DNA of 64,000 bases from Camelus dromedarius (taxonomy: Eukaryota). This document shows positions 25,301-37,300 of this stretch, in pieces. The stretch's first letter is position 1, and the number at the start of each line of letters is the position of its first letter. The stretch is from the NCBI RefSeq assembly GCF_036321535.1, contig NC_087436.1:69256001-69320000 (forward strand), written 5' to 3'. The position numbers and the translations under genes are program-made. Below the pieces are notes generated by a model. It ran no database searches, was not told where the DNA came from, and was given only the letters and a program-made list of their open reading frames with translations.

Positions 25301-28300
25301 CCGCTCTAGGTACCACATATACTGGAAGCATACAGTAATTGTCCTTTTCTGATTTAGCATTATTTCACTTAGCATTGTCTTCAAGGTTCATGCATGTGTA
25401 ACATATCAAAATCACCTTTCTTTTTTAGGTGGAAAAATATCCCATTGTGTGTATATATAACACTTCCTTTATCCATTCAGTTTTTGATTGTAGATAATGT
25501 TGCTGTGACCATCGGTGTACAAGCATCTGTTGAGGCCCTGATTTCAGTCCCTTTGACAGATAGCCAGGATTAGAGTTATTGGGTCATATGAGAGCTCTAT
25601 GTTTAACTCTGTGGGGGACCACGGACATGTTTTCCAGAGCAGATACCTCACTGTGCACCCTTACCAGCAATGCGTGAGGCCGCACGTCTCCACATTCTCA
25701 CCAGTACTTGATAGTTTCCATTTTTTGATAATAGCTATTCTAATGAGTGAAGCAGTATCTCTTTGTGCTTTTGATTTGCATGTCCCTAATGATGAATGAT
25801 GCTGGACACCTTTTCATGTACTTTTTGACCATTTGTATGCCTCCTCTGGAGAAAAGTCTGTTCAAGTACTTTCCCATTTTTCAACTGGTTTTTTTTGTTG
25901 TTGTTGTTGTTGAGTTGTAGGAGTTCTTTATAAACTGTGCACATTCATTCTTTATCATAACCACGATTTGCAAATATTTTCTCCCAATCTGTACATTGTA
26001 TTTCACTTTCTTGATAGTATCTTTTGATGCAAAATTTCTCTTCCTTTGATGTAATTCAATTTATTTATTTTTTTCTTTTCTTACTTGTGCTTTTTTGTGT
26101 CATACTTATTGAAATCATAGCAAAATCCAAAGTGATGAAGTTTTCCTTTAGGGATATTTTGTAAAAGTGTTACTGTTTTAATTCTAAAGTTTCACTCTCT
26201 GAACTACCTTGAGTTTATTTTTGTATGTGGTATAAGATACATGTCGAGTTTCCTTCTTTATCATGTAGATATCAAGATTTTCTTGGCTAGTCTTTCCTTT
26301 TTTTTCTCATAAATGGTTTCTCTGTAAATTGTTGCTATTTTGGTGCCTGAGGGAAGAGGTGAGCTGAGGGTCTTCCTTCTGTGCCATCTTGGCAACATTT
26401 CTTTCATATCCTCTCAAATCAATCAAACGAGGACACTTCTTCACATCATACACAAAAATAAACTCAAAATGGCTTAATGGCAAATATCAAGTATGATACC
26501 AGAAAACTCCCAGAAGAGAATGTAAGCAAAACATTCTCTGACATAAATCATATCAATACTTTCTTAGATCTGTCTTCCAAGGCAATAGAAATAAAAGCAA
26601 TAATAATCAAATGAGACGTCATCAACTGTGTAAGCATTTGCACAGCAAAGGAAACCATAAGGAAAACAAAAGGACAAACTAGGAGTGGGAGAAACTACTT
26701 GCAAATGACATGACCGACAAAGACTTAACTTCCAAAATACACAAGTAGTTCATAAAACTAAAAACAGAAAAACAAACAAACACAAAAAATCTCAAAAAAT
26801 AGACAGAAGATCTAAATGGACATTCATTCAAAGAAAACATGTACATGGCCAAAAGTCACACTAAAAGATGCTCAAGATCGAGAAATGCAAATCAGAACCA
26901 CAATGAGGTATCACCTCACATAGATCAAAATGGCCATCATTGGAAAATCTACAAATAATTGCTGGAGAAGGTGTGGGGAAAAGGGAACCCTCCTACGCTG
27001 TTGGATGGAATGACAATTAGTGCAGCCATTATACAGAATGGTATAGATGTTCCCTAAAAAACAAAATAGAGTCATCATATGATCTAAAAATTCCACTGTT
27101 GGGCATACATCTGTAGAAGACAAAAATTCTATTTCGAAAACACACATGCACCCCGTTGGTCATCGCAGCACTATTTATAGTAGCCAAGACATGGAAGCAA
27201 CCTAAGAGTCCATTAACAGACGAAAGGATAAAGAAGATATGGTGTGAATATATACACAATAGAATACAACTCAGCCATGAATAGAATGAAATGATTCCAT
27301 TTGCAGCAGTATGGATGGACCTAGAGATTGTCACAGAGGGTTAAGTAAGTCAGACAGATAAAGGCAAATACTACATATCAATTATATTTGAAAAAATTTT
27401 TAAATTATGTAAATGAACTTATTTATAAAACAGAGGTGGACTTATAGATGTAGAAAACAAACTTCTGGTTACCAAATTGGAAGGCGAATGGGAGAGATAA
27501 ATTGGGAGTGTGGGTTTAACAGATGCAGACTGCCACATGTAAAACAGATGAATAACCAGGATTTACTCTATAGTACAGGGAACCGTGTATTCAATATTTT
27601 GCAGTAAAGAAGAATTGGAAAAGATTATAGATATATACATATGTATGTATAACTGAATCACTTTGCTGTATACCTGAAACTAGCACACTATTATAAATCT
27701 ACTGTAATAAAAATAATTCCCTGTAAGCCCTAGTTTCTCTGCATCTCTTCTTTGGTTTGTATTTGCATTCATTTAAAAATATTTTTGAATGCTCTTGTGA
27801 TTTATCTTTGGACCGATTTATTGCTAACTTCAAAGTGAACAGAAACTCTGCTCCTGTATATCGCCATTTCCCTTTCTGTTATTGACGTGTACATACTTAT
27901 ACACTGTGTTCCTAGTTACATGAATTAATAATTTTTATGCATCTTCTTTTAAATGACTGAGAAAATTAAAATAAATCAGAATTATAACCAAAATTACAAT
28001 AATAGTAGCTTTTATGGTTGCTTTTGTTTTTACCTTTACTGCAGATCTTTATTTCATCGTATGATTTTTTATTAATGTCCAGCAGCCTTTCATTTCAACC
28101 AGAAAGGGTCTCTTTTGCATTTTTACAGGAAAAGTCTAGTGCTATTCACACCCTTCGTCTTTTGTTCATCAAGCAGTGTCTTCATTTCTACCTCATTGTT
28201 GAAGGAAATTTTGCCTGATAAAACTCTCAGTTAACAATTTTGTCTTTAAGACTTTGAATTTATCAACCCACTGCCTTCTGGCCTCCAAGGTTTCTAATGA

Positions 28301-31300
28301 GAATTGGCTGATTATTTTACTGAAGTTAACTTTCATGTGATGATTTTCTTCTTTCTGGCTCCTTTCAAGCTTTTCTCATTGTCTTTGTCATTCAGCAGCT
28401 TGATTCGAATATGTCTTTGTGTAGCTCTCTTTGAATTTATCCCACCTGTAGTTCACTAAGCTTCTTGGATTTATGTCTTTCATTAAAAGCAGTATATTTT
28501 GAGACATTATTGCTTTAAATATCTTTTCTGCCCATTTCTGTCTCTCTGGGACTCCCAGCATGTGTCTGCTCATGCACAGGATGGTGTCCCACAAGTCCCT
28601 TAGGCTTTGCTCATTTAGCTGCATTTGTTTCTCTTTCTGTTCTTTGAATTTGCTAATTTCAGTTACTCTGTTTTCATTTTGCTGGTTCTTTTGCTCGCTC
28701 TTGTCTGATTTGGAACCCCTGAGGTAAAATTTTCATTTTAATTCTTGAAATTTTTAGCTGTAGAATTTCTTCTTGACTCTTTTAAAAGAATTTATTTCTC
28801 TTTATCAATATTTTATATCTTATCTATATCTTTTGTTCTCTTTATAACTGTCTCCCTGTGGTTCTTTGTGAATTTTTAAGACAGTGCTATTAAAATCTTT
28901 TTCTGGTAATTCCAAAATCCACGCTCCTTCACTAATTGTTTCTGTCTATTTTGTTCCTTTGATTGGACCATCTTTTCACCTATGTATGCCTTGTGATATT
29001 TTTTTTCACCTATGTATGCCTTGTGATATTTGCTGAGAACTGTACATTTGAGGTTTTTATAAAGTTCTAACTCCAGAAATCAGAATTTCCCCTTCTTAAT
29101 TTTTTTTTTTATATTGTTGAAGGGTTTCTCTTTGCCAGGAATCAGTCTGAGGTAAAAGCTTTAGGTTTTCACAAGTCTTTTGTCAGCCTATGGTTTTCCC
29201 TGGACATACACATAGCTTTCTAAATTTCACTGTATGTGAAGTTTTAAAAAAATGGCCCCATTGGTGATTGTCTGACTCCCAGAGAAAAAAAGAAAAAAAA
29301 ATAGTGCTCATCCTTTAAAATCCCTGGAAACTTCTGCTAATCGAAGTTGAAACAACTGTGGCCAACTTCTGTGCCTACATGCCAGTGAACAAAGCATCAG
29401 TCATCAATCAGAATGCAGAACCAAAATCTGGAGATTAAGGTCATTATTTCCCAGCATAGCTCCAGCAAATCACACCAGGAATAAAACATGTTGGCTGTCA
29501 TGGGACTGGGTGAGGTAGACTTAGAACTTGCTGCTATGCTAAATGGTTGAATTTGTTTTAAAAAATTAACCACAAATTACTAGTCAGTCTCTCCACCGAA
29601 AAATTCAAGTGCTCACATAGAGTCCATATTTCCATCATAGTTACTTCAGACAATTTCTTGGTGCTTCTGAATCTACCTTGATGTGACCCTTAAGCACTGT
29701 ATTTTAATACAGTTGAAAATTTAATATTTTTCTGAAGATGCCATTTAGATGAGATGTTTAAATGGATATTGCTTCCACAAAATGATTTTTGAAAGTAATT
29801 TGGTTATGTGCACAAGACTTGTCATGATGTTTTGGAACTTAAAATTGCATATAAAGTTAGCTATTTTATCTAAAGCTACAAGGTAAAAAGTGTCCCTGGC
29901 AAATTAGGAACACCATCACTCAGTTATAACCTAGGATGCTATCAATTAAAAAAATGCATAGTTTGTGGGAATGCCATAGAGTGAACTGCCATTAATCTTT
30001 TACAGTATTACTAAAATCTTTAACTGTTTACATAGAAGCATCACATTTAGGAGTATTCCTGGAATCTAAGCTGTCAGTTCCAGGTCCCAAACAATTAATT
30101 AAAAGGAGATGTACTCCGAGGCAGCCTGTGAATCAATGGTATAATTTTGAGTGTCTCTTCCTGTATTCTCTGACATGTTAGTTGTACCTTGTGTATATGC
30201 CACAGATTTAAAAAACAAATAACACAAAAAGAGGTTAGATTTCATGGAAACCTTAAAACCTAGGCAAACAGCTGACCTATTGTTTAAGATCGAGAGTGAC
30301 TTAGTTTTATCCCATTACATAAAGAAAATACGGCAATATGTTTTCCTGTCAGTAATGCCACATTTAAAGCAAGTAGCATAAAATATCTTCTTGTAACATT
30401 TAATATTTTTTCTTTACACTTTAGTTAAATTGATGCTAATATCAGTAGCTTTTCTTACATTTTTAAAGTGCACATTTAAGGAGATCCTCATAGATTTTAA
30501 AACAGCTGCTCTTCCAAAAATAACTTTATCTGACCTTCTGTGGAATCTGGGCAAGGGCTGATGCAATCATCTTGGCCTTTTCTTCCGTGAGGTTTCTGAT
30601 CATTGACCCCAGAGTAAACACCACAACTCCATCTTCTCCAGAGCTTTGGACAAACTCTTCTAAGTCCTGTGAAGAAAACAATCTTTGTAATATGAAAGTT
30701 AACACTTACAAGAATAAGATAGTCACACACTTTTCTCAATGTGTCTGAATTATTAGAAAGTTTCTGCTTTTTCATATGTTAACCATTTCAGAGTATGAAA
30801 CATATGGCCTGAAATCCTTGGTTATTAGGCAAATTAAGAATAATTTAATTGTAAAACATGGGGGGAGATAGTCAATATATTGTAATAACTGCAAATGGAA
30901 AGCAACCTTTAAAAATTATATGAGATAAAAGATTTTAAAAATAATTTAAGCTGGAGGCTCCCTACTAGTATGTTCTAGACATTTCTGAGGTGTGTTTGTA
31001 TCTCTGTTTACAAATCATTGACTACATGTTATCATTTGCCATGTGTTGAGCTCTTTATATGTGTCATTACACTCAGATATATGGTGATCTTAAGATATAT
31101 GTATACATTTGCAGATGGGAAAGCTACCTCAGAGAGGTAAAATAATTTGTTGAAGGCTATAAAGCAGTAGCTGGCAGAGTCAGGTTTCTATTTAAGCTTG
31201 TTGTTTGTAAAGTGAATGACTATATTAGATACTGTCTATTGCCTTCCAACAGCCTCTCCACAAATCTCCAGATGAAGAATATCTGATTTCTGCTTCATGT

Positions 31301-34300
31301 TAAATAGTCCTGGTGCTTCATTTCATATTTAGCCTTGGGTGATAATAAGATTATCATTCTTTCTTCTGCTGAATCCTGGTCAGAATAATGACATCCTTTT
31401 GGTACAATTTACTTTGTTCTGTTTTCTGAATTTCAATTTGTTTTTAATTTGGCCACATTTATACATTAGATAAGTTTCCACAAACACATTTAGGATTGAG
31501 GAAGCCATATAATTTCTGACCAGGTAATTGATGCAGGAATTCCTCTAATGCATACTTTGCAAATGACAGTAATAGTATAGAAAAATTAGGCTTGGAATCC
31601 AAAATAAAAATAGCATATTTAATCTTCCTGAAGTAAAAAGAAATCTTTTCATCCTATGTTTAGTTCCTAACTAAGCTAAGTCAACCAAATAAGATAAGGA
31701 AAACATGCATGAGGTTTGAAATTGAAGACAGGGAAGAGATTTATTTTAAGCATTTGACTCACATGATTATGGAGGCCAGCAAGTTTAACATCTACAGAAT
31801 AGGCCATCAGACTGAAGACTCAAGGAGCAGTCCCTGTTATAGGTCAAGTCTGAAGGCCCTCTTGGCAGAACTCTTTTTCACATGGGAGAGTTCAGTCTTT
31901 TCTATTCAGTTCTTCAACTCATTGGATGAGGCTCACCCACAAATGCAGAGCAGTTTACTTTACTCAAGGTCCACATATTTAATGTTAATGTCAGCCAAAT
32001 ACACCCTCACAGAAACTTCCAGAGTGATGTTTGGCTAAATAGCTGGGTCCCAGGCCCAGGGAAGCTGACACATAAAATTAACCATATACTATTCTGATAG
32101 ATGGATTGATTTAACATGGAAATTTATTTTCAATGACAGCAGAGTATTCTTGAGATACTGGGAAATATTTTAACATTTCTGCAGAATGTACATGTTCATA
32201 AAGACTTAATGAAGTATGAAAAAGGAAAGGAAATATGGGGACTACTTCAACCAGATAATAACACATAATACAAAAGGAAGGCTCCTGACCTGCTGATTGC
32301 AGTCTACTGGTGTAAGAGAGTCATGACCGCTAATTCCTGAGCATGTGTTTTCAGCTGGCAGATCAAATACTATCAATAACAAACTGGAAATCATTTCAGC
32401 AGGTAAGTTCTCAAACAGGCAAAATCAGCACATTCAAGTACCTTCGGTAGGGGCTTCGCAGGCTTGCAGTGCAGTCCTCCAACAAATTCAACATTAGGTA
32501 AGTATGGTTGAGGAAATTCAAAATCCCAGTAAGTTCGAATCAACCACATTTCAGCTTTCCCCATAGTCTCACATAATGTGGTAGGTTTTCCTGAATAAAA
32601 ATGAAGGATGATAGAGAGGAAACAAGCTGACATGTTATAAGGGAACTGTTTCACCATCTACTTTTCTAAGAGAAATCTTTGAAGATACTGGCCCTATGTT
32701 ATCTCTGTGAAATCCATTGACCTTTTCCCCAAGAGTACAAATAGTGAGATTATCAATAACCAAAGACCAATTTAAGCATGGAACAAAGCCAAAAGCCCGC
32801 CGCTTCATCTCTGCCAACAGAGTCTTCTGCTTGAGCTAAGCCTGAGCCCCACTCCACGCTCAGCAAGGACACCTGCTCCGAGCCAGGAACAAGAAACTCA
32901 GGCAGTGATCCTCAAACTTCTATGGTCGGGTCTCCTCCTCTTCTTGAGAACCCTCTTCTCCAATTTTTTGCATCCTTGTTGCCCCAAGAACCTCTGGTTT
33001 CTTAAAAAAAACAACTTTTTACTGTATCCATCTTTTCCCCTAGTGTTTTCCAGTGTGCTGTCACAACTCATTACATCATATCGGGAATGAATTATTAAAA
33101 GGAAATTTTTTTAAGTGATTTTCTCCTTTGCCATACAAAATGGAAGTTCCTGTTGGACAAGCCTTTTGTCCTCTTTGGGGAAGATATAGCAATGTTTAAT
33201 AAGCTGGTGGTGAAATATTTAGTATTTTGACACATTTAGCTGACTAACAGTAAAAAGGGGGTCTCTTTCAACTGAATGGCAACGAAGTGACTATTAACAG
33301 CTTAAGAACTGAAAGTAGTGACTGAGAAGTAAATCACTTCTCTTTGTTTGGAGTCCGAGCTGCATTTCTGCATTCTATTCAATTACTGTGGTGTAAGGAA
33401 CCTTATCCAGGGTTTTGGCGTCCTTTTGAAATACATACTCAGTATCACTAATATGAAGACACTGTAGCTTTATGTTGTCCCATCACATGGCTTTTTGAAT
33501 ATTCTCCTTGATGTTCTGAGTGTGCTTAAGTTCTGATTAGCAAATGTGAGGGATTTTGAACTGACCACTACAATCTATCTGTGTAAGAGATCACAAGCAA
33601 ATCTCAGTAATTTAAGTGTTTGATTCTGATAATGAGAACGGAATTCAAAATCCAGTTTCATACTCAGTGCTTGTCCCATTTCAGTGGCTTATTGGTGTAG
33701 CCTTGGGTATAATCTTCTTCCCTTTGTGTGATGCTTCACTCTCACACCATCTTTTTGACAGGTTTATTAAGATAGAATTTACATATTGTATAATTCTTCC
33801 TTTTAAATATACAACTGAGTAGTTTTTAGTATATTCATAAGGTTGTGAAACCATCTCCACTACTATATTTTACAAATTGTTATTACTCCTGAAAGAGAGC
33901 CCGTATCCATTGGTAGTCATTCTCCCTTTCTTCCTTTTCTGAGCCCCTGACAACCACTGATCTACTTCTTTCTTTATTTGACTATTCCAGAAAATCTCAT
34001 TTCATTTAATGTAAATGAAAGTATACACTGCGTGGTCTTTTGTGCTGCCTTCTTCCCCTTAGCATAGTGTTTTCAAGGTTCATCCCTGTGGTAGTGTGTA
34101 TCAGTACTTCCTTACTTTTTATTGCTGAGTAATACTTTTGTTTGGCTATACTTCATTTTGTTTATCCACTCATCATTGATGACCATTTGGGTTGTTTCCA
34201 TATTTGGATACTGTGGATAATGCTCTACGAGCAATCATGTATATGTTTTGTGTTGACACATGTTTATTTCCCTTGGTTACAAACCTAGGAGTAGAAATTG

Positions 34301-37300
34301 AGGAACATATGGTTCCTTCACTTTGTTTCATAACAATATCTTTTTGTTGTTAAATCTGCACTCCTATATTAGTACTATGTTGTGTTTAATGGATTGAAAT
34401 GAAGACAATATATTTTGAGAGGTAAAAAATAATGTTTGATATGCATGACATGATTGTGAAAAGATATCTCAAAGTTGGAAAGGCATTTCACAAATTTTGA
34501 AAGGACATGCCACTTTTGATGTTATGTTGGGGCATTTCTTGAGGAATGAATGATTTGAAGATTAGTTACATATATAGAAAATTGTGCATATATATGACTT
34601 TGTCACTTATTATCATTTTATTGTGGATTTTTGAGTTCAGATAGTTTGAATTTGAATGTGAACTTGTATGTTTCTGTCTGGTAGAAATGAGCATCCCCCC
34701 AAAATATGTCTTTATTGCACTATGGGATTTTTACCATTTTGGGGTCTAACCTAGCACTATTACTCTAATATTCCTCTTTCCCTCAAAATGATCTTAAATA
34801 GTTCCTCAAAATACGTTTTGAAAGAGGTGCTGTCTTACTGGTTTCCTCCTCAATTATTTCAACATATCTATGACATGGTTCAATTAATAATTGTATAAGT
34901 TATGACTTATATATTTAGAATTTGAAACACACTTTAAATAGATTTTATAATAAAGATCCTAAATTCTGAATAGCAAAATAACAATCTGTACCTTACAGCA
35001 TTTTTAAATGTATGATGAGAGTAAAGAAAGTATTTTTCCTATTTACAAAGTCTTTATTCTTCTTTCTCAGATTGATATACTGCTACCCTCCAAATATTCT
35101 TAAGTAAAAACAGCTATGAAATATTTAGAGACTATGATCACTGTGTCCTACCAGTAATGCTTCATTATGAAAGAGGTTTCACCACTGAGTACCAAACTGC
35201 TGGAATCAGAAATAAACAAATAACCTTGATTCAGCTGTAGATCAGTCACTGTTTGATGTATGACTCAGTAATGTCACCACGAGTAGATTTTAAATTATCT
35301 ATTCTCAGTTTTGCCATTTGCAGTTTGGATTCTGAACATGGGTGACTGGTGACTGATGGGTACAGCAGCTTTTGTGCACATTTTCTTTAGGGTCAAGTTT
35401 AGAGAAATAAACACATTCTTCTCTCACAGAATGCCTAGGAAATGTTTCAAAGCAATTTGTCAACCTTGATTATGACACATGCCGTTCTGAACATAAGGCA
35501 TATTCCTGGGCAGCATTCTTTAGAGGCACTCATAGTGTTTGTGAGTTGTTGAAAAAATAATTTTGCAGAGGGAATTTAGAACAGATATCTCAAAAAACAA
35601 AGAGGGAAATGGCTATATATAACAATAGTTCACAAGTACAAACAAATTTAAAAAATTTTAGGAATGAACACAATTTTTAGGAATGATAGATTATTAGACA
35701 TATACTCTGTTAAAATTAGTAAGAAGGAAAATAATTGAAAAATTCATACGTAACTGCAAAAGACCCCAAATATCCAGTCATCCTGAGATAGAAGAAGAAA
35801 CCTGGAGGCATCACACTTACTGATTTCAAGCAGTATTATAAAGTTATACTAATCCAGGTCTTTTTTGCGGTGTGGGGGGGATTATTACATTTATTTATTT
35901 ATTTTTCAGAGTTACTGGGATTGAAGTGGGACCTCGTGCATGCTAAGCATGCACTCTACCACTGAACTATACCTTGGAGCTATACTAATCCAAACCATAT
36001 GGGACAGGCATGAAAACAGACACACGGAAAAGCAGAACAGAATGAAGAGCCCAGAAATAAACCCATGCATATTTGGTCAACTAATATTTCACCAGAAGGC
36101 CAAAAAATATTCCAAGGAGGAAGACAGTTTTTAAAAAAGTTCTTGCTGAAAAAGTTAGATATTCACATGCAAAAGAATGAAGCTAGACCTTGATCTTACT
36201 CCACTATAAAAGTACTCTTAAATGAATGACAGACTTAAATGTAAGACCTAAAACCATAAAATTCCTAGCAGAAAACACAGGGGATGTATTTCTTGACATG
36301 GGCCTTGACAGAGATTTTTAAAAGTATGAAAGTTAATGCATAAACAACAATGTTAAAAATAAACAAATGGGACTACTTGAAACTGAAAAGCTTCTGCACA
36401 GCAAAAGAAATGATCGACATAATGAGAAGGCAACCTATGAAGTGGGAGAACATATTTGCAAACCCTATGTCTGACTAGGTGTTGCCACCTGAAATACATA
36501 AGGAACTCACCTAAATCAATAGCACGAAACCAAGCAATTCAATAAAAAAAATTATCAAAGGACCTGAATAGACATTTTTCCAAAGAAAATATTCAAATGG
36601 CAACAAATACATGAAAAGATGCTCAACATTGCTAGTCATCAAGGAAATGCAAATTGAAATCAAAATGAGGTATCACCTTTCACCTGTTAGGATGGCTATT
36701 ATCAAAAAAAAACAAACAAACAAACAAACAAACTGAGAGACAACAAATGGTAGCGAGGATGTGGAGAAAAAGGAGCCGTGTGCACTGTCAATGGGAAGGT
36801 ACATGGTGCAGGACTATGGAAAACAATATGGAAATAAAAGTACCATATGATCCAGCAATTCCACTTCTAGGTATATACCTGAAGGAAAGGTTATCCCTGC
36901 ATCCGCATGTTCACTGCAGCATTATTTACGACAGCCCAAACTGGAAACAATCTCAGTGTTTATGGATAGGTAAGTGAATAAAGAAAATATGGTTATTATA
37001 CAACGAGCTGTCTCAATATGGACGGAGATTGGGGAAATTATGTTAAGTGAAGTAAGTCAGAAAGGAAAAGTTATAACTTATATGTAGAATCTGAAGAGAA
37101 ACAAATCAAAAAAGAAAGTGGACTCATAGAAACAGAGAACCGATTGGTGGTCACCAGATATTGGGGTTGGAAATTGTGCATAATAGGTAGGAGAGGGTGG
37201 ACAAATTGTACAGATTTTCTGTTCTAAAATAAGTAAAGCAGGAGATGTAATGTCCAGCATGGTGACTAGAGTTAATCACATTGCACTATGTATTTGACAG

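Larger units (their letters stand above)
20243..30151 (+). repeat. Near-identical segmental duplication, copy A (matches 54121-64000)
   Basis: Line-by-line match at an offset of about 33877 (33847-33849 after a 30-bp indel). The ORF track repeats almost identically. Confidence 0.97.

Noticed and set aside
30497..30775. 92-aa minus-strand ORF
   Set aside because: It overlaps the real exon 3 in the wrong frame; the splice-defined frame gives the UGT sequence.
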